DNA of 56,201 nucleotides from an uncultured Nitrospira sp. (GCA_964358535.1 CAYHQK010000001.1:1-56201), one strand, 5' to 3'; shown: positions 17,289 through 26,294, numbered from the stretch's first letter. A program made the numbers and translations. The notes: generated by a model not told the origin, from the letters alone.

Positions 17289-18014
17289 TCACGGACGGAC
17301 CTCCAAACGATTGTCCACCTTGTCGACCCCGAAGACATACCAGGCATCGAACTCGGCCATCTCCCTCTGCGGCGCAGAGGGCGCGTCTCCTTCCAGCGTG
17401 ACCACCGCTTGCTTCACCGTCACACGGATGCGCTCGGCATTGACGAAGGGATCCTTTTCCAATGCGAGACGCACCGCTTTCGCAATTTGCTCATCGGAAT
17501 CTTCCTGCAGCGGAAGGACCTCCATGCCATTGACGACGTCTCGACTCCCTGGGACCCACCAGGCCAGCACGCCGGCCAGCCGTTTCTGGATGAGACTCGT
17601 GACATGATCGTCCAGAAGCACGACCCCCTCTGTGACGGACAGTTGAATCACCCCATGTGGCGTCACGGTGGCCTCCCTAACGGTTTCCCAGATACCTTTG
17701 CGTTTCACCTGAATCGTACAGTTCTGCAGGCCAGGCTCCTGAATCAACACATTGCGCACTGCGTCCAGGATCGCTCCGTCGCCCATGTGGGTGGAAGGAA
17801 TCACGTGCAGTCGATCCACGATGCCTGTGACTCCGGGAACAACAATCGCGAGTTCCAGGGACAGTTTCTTCGCTGCCACATGCTCCGCCTCACCCTCCAG
17901 AGTGAGCACGCCGTCGCTAAAGTCCATACGCACGGGATATTTGTGTAAATTGATACGCGGCTCCCGCTCCAATGCCGCATGAACGACTTTAAGAATCACT
18001 GCTTTACCGGACAT
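17289..18014 (-). CDS. BON (bacterial OsmY and nodulation) domain protein, three BON repeats
   Basis: Repeated ...V..G.VTLEG.V......A......VPGV..V.N.L.V pattern (e.g. FSDGVLTLEGEAEHVAAKKLSLELAIVVPGVTGIVDRLHV). Confidence 0.75.
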   Translation of the reverse strand: MSGKAVILKVVHAALEREPRINLHKYPVRMDFSDGVLTLEGEAEHVAAKKLSLELAIVVPGVTGIVDRLHVIPSTHMGDGAILDAVRNVLIQEPGLQNCTIQVKRKGIWETVREATVTPHGVIQLSVTEGVVLLDDHVTSLIQKRLAGVLAWWVPGSRDVVNGMEVLPLQEDSDEQIAKAVRLALEKDPFVNAERIRVTVKQAVVTLEGDAPSAPQREMAEFDAWYVFGVDKVDNRLEVRP

Positions 18015-18083
18015 CGCAGCACCTATCTAGGCAGCACGTAGGAACGTCCACGCCGCCCATAATCTTGAAACTCCGAGACATAT

Positions 18084-18992
18084 CTACAACCACTCCCGCT
18101 CGGCCTTCTTCTGTTGCTCCCCCCACAAGGCACTGAGCGGCAGATCCAGGAGGGAATGGGCGCCCGGCTTCAGCTGAGTCAACGAACGGGCGGCTGCCAG
18201 CATCATCTGCGCCGTCAGCCGCGATTCGTCGAACCTCGCTTCGAGCAGAAACTGTTGAGGCCCCGGATCTCCCGGCGCTCCCCGACGTTCGAGCAAGACC
18301 CCCCGCCCCTCCTGCTCAAGGGCTGCGATATCCTCAACCGGAAACACCAGGGTCTCGTCGCCGAGAAACAAAGGATCGGCGCGGACCGCCGCAATGACCC
18401 GCTCGGCATCGGCGCCTGGCTCCAACTCCACATAGACATAGCGTTGTCGCTTGCCGTTCGTCACACGCTGCTCGGTACAGAGGGCTTCCTTGACGCCGGC
18501 AATCTGCCGGGCCATCGCCGTATGGTGGAGACTTACGCCGACGCGATAAGAGGTCTCGGTGTAGCCCTCCGGAACCAAGAGGGCGAAAAGGGAGCGAACG
18601 AGAGACAAGGCTCCGGGATCCCATCCGGCCCCCACGATCGCCGGAACTTTGTAGCGAAGGGCGAGCCGGTGGATCGCCTCGCGATGGACCAGGAAGGCCT
18701 CTCCATGCAACACGGAGGATTCGATGATGGGAATTCGATGCTGCAGACACTCATGCGCCGCATCCAATACTTGTGGCAGGGGCACGCAGAGGAGCGCAGC
18801 CTCCACCGTCTGCACTTGCGTCGCATGGGACACGACCGGAATCTTAGAAAATGCGTCGGGCAATGGCTGAGCCAGACTATCCAGGCGCCGCACTACTGCT
18901 GCCAGGACAAGGTCCTGACTCGCGAGCAGGGACTCCGCACAGATCTTCCCCACTCTCCCGAAACCCACCACCGCCAGACACAATGATTTCAT
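18084..18992 (-). CDS. NAD(P)-binding oxidoreductase resembling meso-diaminopimelate D-dehydrogenase family
   Basis: N-terminal Rossmann GFGRVGK; GAGWDPGALSLVRSLF and RVGVSLHHTAMARQIAGV resemble Ddh-family blocks; assignment from memory of motifs only. Confidence 0.45.
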   Translation of the reverse strand: MKSLCLAVVGFGRVGKICAESLLASQDLVLAAVVRRLDSLAQPLPDAFSKIPVVSHATQVQTVEAALLCVPLPQVLDAAHECLQHRIPIIESSVLHGEAFLVHREAIHRLALRYKVPAIVGAGWDPGALSLVRSLFALLVPEGYTETSYRVGVSLHHTAMARQIAGVKEALCTEQRVTNGKRQRYVYVELEPGADAERVIAAVRADPLFLGDETLVFPVEDIAALEQEGRGVLLERRGAPGDPGPQQFLLEARFDESRLTAQMMLAAARSLTQLKPGAHSLLDLPLSALWGEQQKKAEREWL

Positions 18993-19065
18993 GCTCGTGG
19001 AAGCCTTCCGCCTTCAGCCGATTCAGCCAAGACTGCGCGAACCAGACCACCGGTCACGCCGGGCC

Positions 19066-19437
19066 TTATCGTGGGTCACTCCGGCGTTCGTGCTGTAAGT
19101 CTGGCATGAAGGCCCAACGGCCGTCCAGCATCGTGTTGTGACCGAACACAGAAGGCTCACGTCCTGGCTCGTCATCGAAGAAGCAGAGCTGCTCTCGCAG
19201 AGGAATCAGCCGCTCAACCTGCCTGAGGATGCTCTGGAGGGCCACCTTGGTTTTCTCGTCCCCTGCCCGTTCCAACAGCGACTCGGCTTGCACCAGGATC
19301 ACATTGAGCGGAGTCCCCATCTCTCGCGCTACTCCGGACATCTTCGCACGCCACCCGGCGAGCAGGCTCATGAGCATCCGGCGCTCAGCCTGGTGCTGCC
19401 GCGCCTGAGACGCCTCCTTTATCTGTTGTGTGCGCAA
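19066..19437 (-). CDS. Small protein with HisKA/DHp-like helix lacking the phospho-acceptor His (uncertain gene)
   Basis: KMSGVAREMGTPLNVILVQAESLLE aligns to the H-box ..SHELRTPLNAILG.AELL with H replaced by R; ORF begins at a TTG and has no convincing SD. Confidence 0.3.
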   Translation of the reverse strand: MRTQQIKEASQARQHQAERRMLMSLLAGWRAKMSGVAREMGTPLNVILVQAESLLERAGDEKTKVALQSILRQVERLIPLREQLCFFDDEPGREPSVFGHNTMLDGRWAFMPDLQHERRSDPR

Positions 19438-19958
19438 TGTCCCAGTCTATCATCGCCCGCTTCTTGTTCATATAGGGACGTATCCGGTGTCCCCCTTCAT
19501 GCGAGACGATAAGGAGCCACTCTGATAAATCAGAAACAGGAGACAACCGGCCCTGGCATCATCGTACTGTCCTCGTCCTTGCAAGTCCTCCACATGAACC
19601 AGCGAGCGAGAACCCTGCTCGCACAGAGCGCCGAAACGGAGTGGAACGGCCACGGCTCGCTCCATCAGCCCTGCCAGGACATCATTCACACATTGCCGAC
19701 ACGCCTGACATCGAAAAATTGAGAACAACTCCAGGACTGCACGATCGGCCACTCACGCGTCACGATCTTCATGAAAAGATTCGACCGGCCAGACATCATA
19801 AGCCAGACCCCGTCCCGGATCGTGCTACTACTCTCTCTGCAGGCCCCGGCAGCGATACCGGAAACCAGCGACAGGGAATCCTCGTCGTTCCTCGCTCGCA
19901 TCACGTCGCCCGTCCGAAGACAGCGCGCCTGGCTGAGGGCCAATCGCCTGCCTTCGGC

Positions 19959-19987
19959 CTAGCAGGATGCTGAAAAAGTCCGCCAGC
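19959..19987 (+). repeat. Type-A element terminus (half copy)
   Basis: CTAGCAGGATGCTGAAAAAGTCCGCCAGC identical to the 6346/36034 ends; no matching second TIR found downstream. Confidence 0.7.
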
Positions 19988-20161
19988 GACGTGCTCGCGT
20001 CGCGCAGCTTGACTGACTGGCGCATGCGGCGGACAGTGCCGGATCGCCGTTGAGGCATTTATCTCCAGCGGGAAGCTGGACGTTCCTCCATCTATTTCCG
20101 TCACGCAAGTAACCCCGTGCTGAATCAACAGAAAGTGCTCGACGTGCCTCACTGGGCCGTC

Positions 20162-20177
20162 CGGCATGTCAATTGCT
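20162..20177 (+). promoter_or_regulatory. sigma-54-type -24/-12 promoter-like element (CGGCATgtcaaTTGCT)
   Basis: Canonical GG-N10-GC spacing; 64 nt upstream of the ATG at 20241. Confidence 0.6.
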
Positions 20178-20240
20178 CATCATCTACATGTACGGTGAAC
20201 ACTCTATACTAATTCCTGCGACGTGAGCAGACGGCATTAC

Positions 20241-20459
20241 ATGGATCTCAAAGAACCCCTGCCACTGCTGCCGGTCTGCTGTGCCTGCGGGCTCATTCGA
20301 GACGAAACGAAATCTCCGGTAGGCCTCGCGCGCTAGGTTACGCAGCGGACATACCGAAAGGCACATGGCGTGAATCCTGCCGATGTCTTGTACACGCATG
20401 CCTACTGTCCGGAATGTTCCCTGAAGGCCCGGGCTATGCTAAAGTGGCACCCTCCGTAA
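20241..20459 (+). pseudogene. Small CxxC...HxxCPxC zinc-module protein interrupted by an in-frame TAG (20334..20336); paralog of 25226..25540
   Basis: My translation MDLKEPLPLLPVCCACGLIRDETKSPVGLAR*VTQRTYRKAHGVNPADVLYTHAYCPECSLKARAMLKWHPP; aligns with ...LLPVCCVCGLVRDETDPLSHRTLWVTPGSYRKTHHLHSINIPFTHTYCPACFRKA; the TAG sits opposite a TGG (Trp) codon. Confidence 0.6.
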
Positions 20460-20577
20460 GCGCGACATGCCGCCATGGCCGGTGTTTCTCATGACCTACT
20501 TTGATCGTCCATGCATTCGACGATGGCCGCGAGGAACGTGGCGCCCCTGATTGCGTAACCAGAAGAAGGAGACAAAC

Positions 20578-20826
20578 ATGAAGTCGGTCAAAACTCGTTC
20601 AACAAAACCGGTCCGGAAGGCGCCGGCCCCCAAACAGCAGAAGCCCGAAAAACCGCGGGCGCAGCACCCTCATCCGCTGCCTCCATCCTGCTGCGATAAC
20701 CTGCAAGCCCTGATCGCGAAACGGGCCTATGAGCTCTACAGCGAACGAGGGGATCGGGATGGATCTCCGCTCGATGATTGGCTCATTGCGGAGCGGGAGA
20801 TTCTCGGTCAGATCCCGCCGACCTGA
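20578..20826 (+). CDS. DUF2934 domain protein
   Basis: C-terminal IAKRAYELYSERGDRDGSPLDDWLIAEREI matches the DUF2934 signature; ATG 20578 preceded by SD GAAGGAG. Confidence 0.7.
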   Translation: MKSVKTRSTKPVRKAPAPKQQKPEKPRAQHPHPLPPSCCDNLQALIAKRAYELYSERGDRDGSPLDDWLIAEREILGQIPPT

Positions 20827-21074
20827 CAGAGCCACCACCGCTCCGGGAATCTTGCGACCTTTCGCCACAACACAGCTGCTGCGCCTGTAGCGGATTTCTA
20901 CAGGTATCCGCGCGGTCCCTTCCTACCTCCAGTCCAACCTAATGAATTTCATATCAGTGGGCGGCGAATCGATTCCCAGGTGGCATGGCCCCATTCTTGC
21001 CATGAGAATCACCGTATCTATCCCGACATTCATAGGCTTAGCTCAGCGTACAGACAGAAGGAAGGACTCATGCG

Positions 21075-21410
21075 ATGAGAACAACACTATGTTCGCTCTA
21101 TCTTGTGTTCGCCCTGGGACTGGCCCTGACGCCCCCCTTCGCGGCCGCGGAGACAGAAACCATCCAACGGACAGTGCGAGGGACAGTCATGGCCACAAAC
21201 ATGGCCGCCGATCCTCCCACGATCGTGCTGCAAGTCCTCCTGCCCAGCAAAGAAGAACTGATTGTGGGGGCTCGTGTCCCCACTGACACCAAGATCACGC
21301 GAGGCAAGAAAGCCGCCGGGCTGGCCGACATCAAGACGGGCGAAGCAGCCGACATGACATACCTGAAATCACCGGATGGCTTAACGGCACGGTCTATTCA
21401 CGTTCGATAA
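21075..21410 (+). CDS. Small secreted protein of unknown function
   Basis: 111-aa ORF with cleavable-looking signal (LYLVFALGLALTPPFAAAE). Confidence 0.5.
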   Translation: MRTTLCSLYLVFALGLALTPPFAAAETETIQRTVRGTVMATNMAADPPTIVLQVLLPSKEELIVGARVPTDTKITRGKKAAGLADIKTGEAADMTYLKSPDGLTARSIHVR

Positions 21411-21423
21411 CCAAGGAGCGCCC

Positions 21424-22056
21424 ATGTCGACCCGGTGCCACCTCTCCTCTTTCCGAATCTGCCTCTGCCTGCTTGCTGTGGCGACCCTGTCCGGCTGCGC
21501 AAGCCGCAAGGTCGTCACAGCAATAGAAGATCAGCGATACGTCCCAGGACCGATAGCCCAAGTCCAAGCGCCCGTGGCGGACGCACAGGTCTCCCTGCCG
21601 ATTCCTTCAGAACCACGCGCAACGGTCCAGATTGAAAAGCCGATAGGCCCGCCGATGGCGGAAGAGGCCGGAGTCACCGCAAGACCGATTGCCCCTGCCG
21701 CTCCGTCGCAGCCTCCGGCCAGGTCGATGCCGGAACTCGCCGATGTCTTTTTCGATTTCGACCGGTCTGTGATTCGTGATGAGGCTCGGTCTCGGCTCGA
21801 ATCCAATGCGGGTCTTCTGAAGTCGCAATCCGGCGAGAAGGTCCTGATTGAAGGCCACTGCGATGAGCGCGGCACGAGCGCCTACAACCTGGTCCTGGGT
21901 GAACGCCGTGCGCGGGCTGCCGCACAATATCTCCGGGACCTCGGCCTTCCCTCCTCACAGATACAGATCACGAGCTACGGGAAAGAACGCCCCTTTTGCG
22001 AGGAACACAGTGAAGCCTGCTGGCAGTCGAATCGACGAGCTCACTTCACCAGATAG
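21424..22056 (+). CDS. pal: Peptidoglycan-associated lipoprotein (Pal/OmpA C-terminal domain)
   Basis: Lipobox LSGCAS; C-terminus EGHCDERGTSAYNLVLGERRARAAAQYLRDLG...SYGKERPFCEEHSEACWQSNRRAHF is the Pal/OmpA_C signature; SD AAGGAG upstream. Confidence 0.8.
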   Translation: MSTRCHLSSFRICLCLLAVATLSGCASRKVVTAIEDQRYVPGPIAQVQAPVADAQVSLPIPSEPRATVQIEKPIGPPMAEEAGVTARPIAPAAPSQPPARSMPELADVFFDFDRSVIRDEARSRLESNAGLLKSQSGEKVLIEGHCDERGTSAYNLVLGERRARAAAQYLRDLGLPSSQIQITSYGKERPFCEEHSEACWQSNRRAHFTR

Positions 22057-22119
22057 TCGGCAAAGAGAGAGCCGGACTGAGAAACGGTCCTCAGAGTCTT
22101 TGAATGTAAGGAGGGTCCC

Positions 22120-22746
22120 GTGAAGAGATATCGAACGTTGCTCCTGTGCTGGATCAGTCTCATAGTCTTGCCTGGATGCGCCGGCACAGGTGAGGTCATT
22201 CCACTTCAGATTCACCCCATCGCGACAAAGTCCGAGTCGGTTTCAAAGCCAACCGCTCCCCTTCGCGTGGCAATTAGATCGATTGAGGACAGCCGGATCC
22301 ATCACACCAATCTTGGAGTCCGGACACACCTCTGGGGCGGCGTCAGCTATTTCGATGTCCCGGGAGGCAAGCCCTCCGATGTGATCGCCCAGGCCCTGGC
22401 AGACTATCTGGCCGCGAAGGGCTGGCAGGTGACCAAGCGAGGAGCCGGCGATGGCGGGGCCGATGTCGTCCTCACGGGGAAAATCCTCGACTTGTCAGTC
22501 CATGCCAAGAGCCGGGTCGGCTTCACCGAAGTCACGACGAACACGAAACTCGCGCTGCAGGCACAGAATGTCGCGGACGGAAGCACGATCCACATGACCC
22601 TGAACGGGAGCGGAAGCGACGACGTCTTTTGGTTCGAGCCTGAGGATGTTCAAGCGCTGCTGAATGATGTCCTGGCCGACAGTTTTGGCAAACTAGTCCA
22701 GGATACGACCGTTGAGAACAGGCAGTTACGGCTGAAAACCCCCTAA
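22120..22746 (+). CDS. Lipoprotein of unknown function (YajG-like?)
   Basis: GTG start with SD AAGGAGGG; lipobox VLPGCAG; 208 aa. Confidence 0.55.
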   Translation: MKRYRTLLLCWISLIVLPGCAGTGEVIPLQIHPIATKSESVSKPTAPLRVAIRSIEDSRIHHTNLGVRTHLWGGVSYFDVPGGKPSDVIAQALADYLAAKGWQVTKRGAGDGGADVVLTGKILDLSVHAKSRVGFTEVTTNTKLALQAQNVADGSTIHMTLNGSGSDDVFWFEPEDVQALLNDVLADSFGKLVQDTTVENRQLRLKTP

Positions 22747-22779
22747 CGCGACCAGCTGCGTCTACCCAAGGAGGACTCC

Positions 22780-23247
22780 ATGAAAGTCCAAGATATCATG
22801 ACCAGTGACGTGCAATGTTGCGGTCCGGACACCAATCTGGCAGCCGCAGCCAAAATGATGTGGGATAGCGATTGCGGAGCCCTGCCAGTCCTGAATGTTG
22901 GGGGTCAGGTGATGGGCATGATCACGGATCGCGACATCTGCATGGCCGCAGCCACCAAGAATAAACCGGCGTCGGGGATCACTGTCTGGGAAACGGTGTC
23001 CGGAAAGGCTCATACCTGCCACCTGTCCGATGATGTCCATACGGCCTTGGACATCATGAAACGGGAAAAAATCCGGCGGATCCCGGTGGTGGATGAAGAT
23101 GGAATGCTCCAGGGCATCGTCGCCATGAACGATTTCGTCCTTCTCGCCGGAGAGGCCAAGGAGGGAAAGGCGCCGGCTGTCTCCTATGAGGATGTCGTGC
23201 GGACAATGAAGGCCATTAGCTCGCACCGGATGCTGGTGGGAATCTAA
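22780..23247 (+). CDS. CBS-domain pair protein
   Basis: MKVQDIMTSDV... and ...DIMKREKIRRIPVVDEDGMLQGIVAMNDF, two CBS repeats; SD AAGGAGG. Confidence 0.8.
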   Translation: MKVQDIMTSDVQCCGPDTNLAAAAKMMWDSDCGALPVLNVGGQVMGMITDRDICMAAATKNKPASGITVWETVSGKAHTCHLSDDVHTALDIMKREKIRRIPVVDEDGMLQGIVAMNDFVLLAGEAKEGKAPAVSYEDVVRTMKAISSHRMLVGI

Positions 23248-23305
23248 TAAGACTCTGCTGCGTGATCTCTACCTCGGCACTCAAGGCTGAGCCCTCTGAG
23301 GCGTT

Positions 23306-25033
23306 ATGTACCGTCGTGTCATGGCTTTCGACTTCGATGGGACGCTCGCCGTCAACGGAAAGGTGCCTGCCGAGGTCGAAACCGCGCTAAAACAATGTCG
23401 CGACAGCGGCCATGTATTGTTCCTGGTCACGGGACGTCGCTACGAGACCGTAACCCTAGGCAGCCTCGGAGAACTCTTCTCCGGCATCGTCTGGGAAAAC
23501 GGCGCAGTCCTGACCCATACGGCGAGTGGCGAAACCTATCTCCCGTTCGGCCAACTGGATGTGCGATTGCTCAAGGCCATCGAAGAGGCGGGCATTCCAT
23601 TCGAGCGGGGGCTCGCCATCGCCGCCACCTGGACGCCCCATGATCAGGCCCTCTGGCACATCCTCAGCTCCCACGGCGGCAGTACCTCGATCGAGTACAA
23701 CAAAAGCGCGGTCATGGTGCTGCCGCCGGGCGCGACGAAAGGAACCGGCCTGGAACGGCTTCTGGCCCTGTGCGGCCTCTCGCCCAGAAACCTCGCGGCG
23801 TTCGGCGATGCCGAAAACGATCTCTCGATGCTGACCCTGGCCGAGGTCTCGGTCGCGGTGGCTGACGCGGTCCCGTCCGTCATCGAAACATCCGATGTCC
23901 TCGCCACAGCCCCCGGCCCTCAAGGGGTTCTGGAAATTCTCAAACAGTATCCGCTCGGCGGAAAATTCCTCGATATCCCACTCAAGCGCGAGCGACCGAT
24001 CCTGCTTGGGCAGACTGAATCAGGCGCAACCATCAACATCCCCGCTGCACAGCTAGCCGGACGCAACCTGGGAGTCTTCGGCAACTCCGCCACCGGCAAG
24101 TCATGGATGGTCGGCCTGATCGCGGAAGGGCTCCATCACGAAGAGTATCAGGTCCTCCTCATCGATCCCGAGGGAGACTTCCGCGGGCTGCGCGTCTTGC
24201 CGCGGTTCGTCTCAGTCAGCGGTGACAAGACCACCCTCCCTCCTCCGTCCGCCGTGGTCTCACTCCTCGAGGAGGGAGGCGTGTCGCTAGTCCTGGATCT
24301 GAGTCACTATCCCATCAGCTTGCGGAGCCACTATCTCGCCGAACTGATTCGTGCCTTACGGCCCGTGCGCGAACGCAAGTTCCGCCCCCATTGGATCGTG
24401 CTGGATGAAGCGCAGGAGTTCCTATTTGAGGGAAGCGAGGTCACAGCGCTGCTCCGCCCCATGTTGGAGACCGGCGGCTGGGCCTTCGTTTCCTATCGGC
24501 CGGATCGCCTCAGCGAGTCGGTGCTCACCTCACTCCACCACCTGCTCTTGACCAAAATCACGGACAGTCAGATCGGGGACTGTCTCAGGACCCACTGTGC
24601 CGTCTGCGGCATCCAGAATACGACCCTTGATCAAATCCCCATGGGGAGCGCCCTGCTCTGCAGCGGCGAAATCGTTCGCATGCGTCCGGCCATCAGGCGC
24701 GTGCCCCACGTCCGCCATCTCTATAAATATCTCGACGTGCCTCTCCCGCCGGGAAAACGGTTCTCCTTCCGAACCGAGAAGAGCCACCTGGGGATCGAAG
24801 CGGCCAGTTTGTACGAACTGTCCATCCTGATTCCAACGCTCCCGCTGGAGAGCCTCGAATACCACGATCGCCGGGAGGATTTTGTGAAATGGGCCGACTG
24901 GACGCTCGGTGATGGAGGGCTTGCCGTGCGCCTCAGAAAAGTGGCGAATCGCCACTACCAGGGAGAGGAACTCAGAGAAGTGCTCACTCAGGTTGTCTCA
25001 AACCACTATGAAGAACTCCGACAGTTAAAATAG
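23306..25033 (+). CDS. Fusion protein: HAD-IIB (Cof-type) phosphatase domain + HerA/DUF87-like P-loop ATPase domain + C-terminal unknown domain
   Basis: HAD motifs FDFDGTL (I), LVTGR (II), GDAENDLSM (IV); Walker A GNSATGKS, LLIDPEGDF, Walker B HWIVLDEAQEF. Confidence 0.7.
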   Translation: MYRRVMAFDFDGTLAVNGKVPAEVETALKQCRDSGHVLFLVTGRRYETVTLGSLGELFSGIVWENGAVLTHTASGETYLPFGQLDVRLLKAIEEAGIPFERGLAIAATWTPHDQALWHILSSHGGSTSIEYNKSAVMVLPPGATKGTGLERLLALCGLSPRNLAAFGDAENDLSMLTLAEVSVAVADAVPSVIETSDVLATAPGPQGVLEILKQYPLGGKFLDIPLKRERPILLGQTESGATINIPAAQLAGRNLGVFGNSATGKSWMVGLIAEGLHHEEYQVLLIDPEGDFRGLRVLPRFVSVSGDKTTLPPPSAVVSLLEEGGVSLVLDLSHYPISLRSHYLAELIRALRPVRERKFRPHWIVLDEAQEFLFEGSEVTALLRPMLETGGWAFVSYRPDRLSESVLTSLHHLLLTKITDSQIGDCLRTHCAVCGIQNTTLDQIPMGSALLCSGEIVRMRPAIRRVPHVRHLYKYLDVPLPPGKRFSFRTEKSHLGIEAASLYELSILIPTLPLESLEYHDRREDFVKWADWTLGDGGLAVRLRKVANRHYQGEELREVLTQVVSNHYEELRQLK

Positions 25034-25164
25034 CGCCGGGTGAACCAAGCAGCAGGCTGTCGCCTATTGCAACAGTCGAATTTCCCAAGTTGGGGCACCT
25101 TGGCCAATCAGCCACAACCCCCTATGCAATCAAAGGTCTTTTGAATCAGCTTGGCCAGGGGATC

Positions 25165-25180
25165 CGGCATGGCGCTTGCT
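25165..25180 (+). promoter_or_regulatory. sigma-54-type -24/-12 promoter-like element (CGGCATggcgcTTGCT)
   Basis: Canonical spacing; 46 nt upstream of the ATG at 25226. Confidence 0.6.
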
Positions 25181-25225
25181 ATTTTACAGATAAGCCATTC
25201 GAGTGACGAGGCAACGAGGCGTCCG

Positions 25226-25540
25226 ATGCCTTCGAAAGAAACCGCCGCACAGCCAGTCCGCCAAACAGGTCCTTCTTCGTGCCCCGAGATCCAGGTGGCG
25301 CGGGTCCTTCTTCCTGTGTGTTGTGTGTGCGGGCTCGTTCGTGACGAAACCGATCCGCTGTCTCATCGAACACTCTGGGTCACGCCTGGCTCCTATCGAA
25401 AAACGCACCACCTACATTCGATCAATATTCCTTTCACCCATACCTATTGTCCCGCCTGTTTCCGCAAGGCCAAAGCCAGCATGAAGCAATTCTTCAGAGA
25501 ACAAAAGGAACGTGCCCATGACTCAGGCTCATCCAACTAA
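25226..25540 (+). CDS. Small stand-alone CxxC...HxxCPxC zinc-module protein
   Basis: LLPVCCVCGLVRDET...W...FTHTYCPACFRKA; resembles the C-terminal (I/V)CxxCxxIRDD...W...HGICPxC module seen at the end of many signalling proteins (from memory); Met 25226 chosen downstream of the promoter-like element. Confidence 0.6.
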   Translation: MPSKETAAQPVRQTGPSSCPEIQVARVLLPVCCVCGLVRDETDPLSHRTLWVTPGSYRKTHHLHSINIPFTHTYCPACFRKAKASMKQFFREQKERAHDSGSSN

Positions 25541-25991
25541 ACGCCGTTCTGCTCCCGGCTCCATCCGGTGGAGCCTTGCTGGGTTGGCCGTTCTTCTGGC
25601 CTCCGGCTGTGCCAGCACAAAAGATCTCGACACGCTCCAGGCTCAAATGACCGATCAGGTGGCAGCGGTACGGAGCGAGGCGGCGCAATCCCGCCAAGCT
25701 GTCGAGGCCTTGAAAGCAGACATCCTGTTACTCAAGTCCCTCGGCATCGCCGTGGACAACCTGAAAAGCCGTTTGGATGCGGCCCAGGGGACGTTGCAAG
25801 GAGTCGCTAAGGAAACCGACCGGCTTCGCATGAGCGTCGGCTCGCTGGAGCAAGGCACCGTGCACCAGCTGCAAATGGAAATGACGCTCGCACGGGAACG
25901 GGTGAAGCAGCTGGAGCAGCTCATTGACAGCGTAAAAAAAAGCGGCCTCGTTGAAAAAGATAAATTAGAAACCTCGACGCCGAAGCCATGA
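25518..25991 (+). CDS. Lipoprotein with coiled-coil region
   Basis: Lipobox LLASGCAS; heptad-like Q/L/A-rich helix; alternative GTG start at 25512; overlaps the preceding small gene. Confidence 0.6.
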   Translation: MTQAHPTKRRSAPGSIRWSLAGLAVLLASGCASTKDLDTLQAQMTDQVAAVRSEAAQSRQAVEALKADILLLKSLGIAVDNLKSRLDAAQGTLQGVAKETDRLRMSVGSLEQGTVHQLQMEMTLARERVKQLEQLIDSVKKSGLVEKDKLETSTPKP

Positions 25992-26093
25992 GGTTTCGCC
26001 GCGGGAGCTGTCGGAAGGTCCTCAATGCCGGCACAGAATCCAGTGGTCTCTCTGTCAGTCACACATCCACGTGCACAACAAAGGAGGAATCCC

Positions 26094-26294
26094 ATGTCCG
26101 TCGCGAAAATCATCGAAATTAGCTCTGAATCGCCAAAGAGTTTCGAAGATGCCATTCAGGATGGGATCACCAGGGCATCCAAAACCATACACAGCATCAA
26201 ATCGGCTTGGGTGAAGGAGCACCATGTGGTGGTCGACAACGGCAAGGTCTCCCTGTATCGTGTAGACTTAAAAGTCACCTTTGTCCTGGATTGA
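26094..26294 (+). CDS. Dodecin family flavin-binding protein
   Basis: MSVAKIIEISSESPKSFEDAIQDGITRASKTIHSIKSAWVKEHHVVVDNGKV..YRVDLKVTF is the dodecin signature; SD AAAGGAGG upstream of ATG 26094. Confidence 0.8.
   Translation: MSVAKIIEISSESPKSFEDAIQDGITRASKTIHSIKSAWVKEHHVVVDNGKVSLYRVDLKVTFVLD

Noticed and set aside
19066-19752. ORFs 19468..19752 and 19066..19437 as one gene split by a single nonsense mutation (they are in the same frame)
   Set aside because: Hand translation of the 30-nt gap shows two further stops (TGA, TAG). The upstream ORF has a GTG start without an SD and no recognisable domain.
20539-20555. TGGCGCccctgaTTGCG upstream of the DUF2934 gene
   Set aside because: The spacer is one nucleotide too long (GG to GC offset 13), so it is not counted among the -24/-12 elements.
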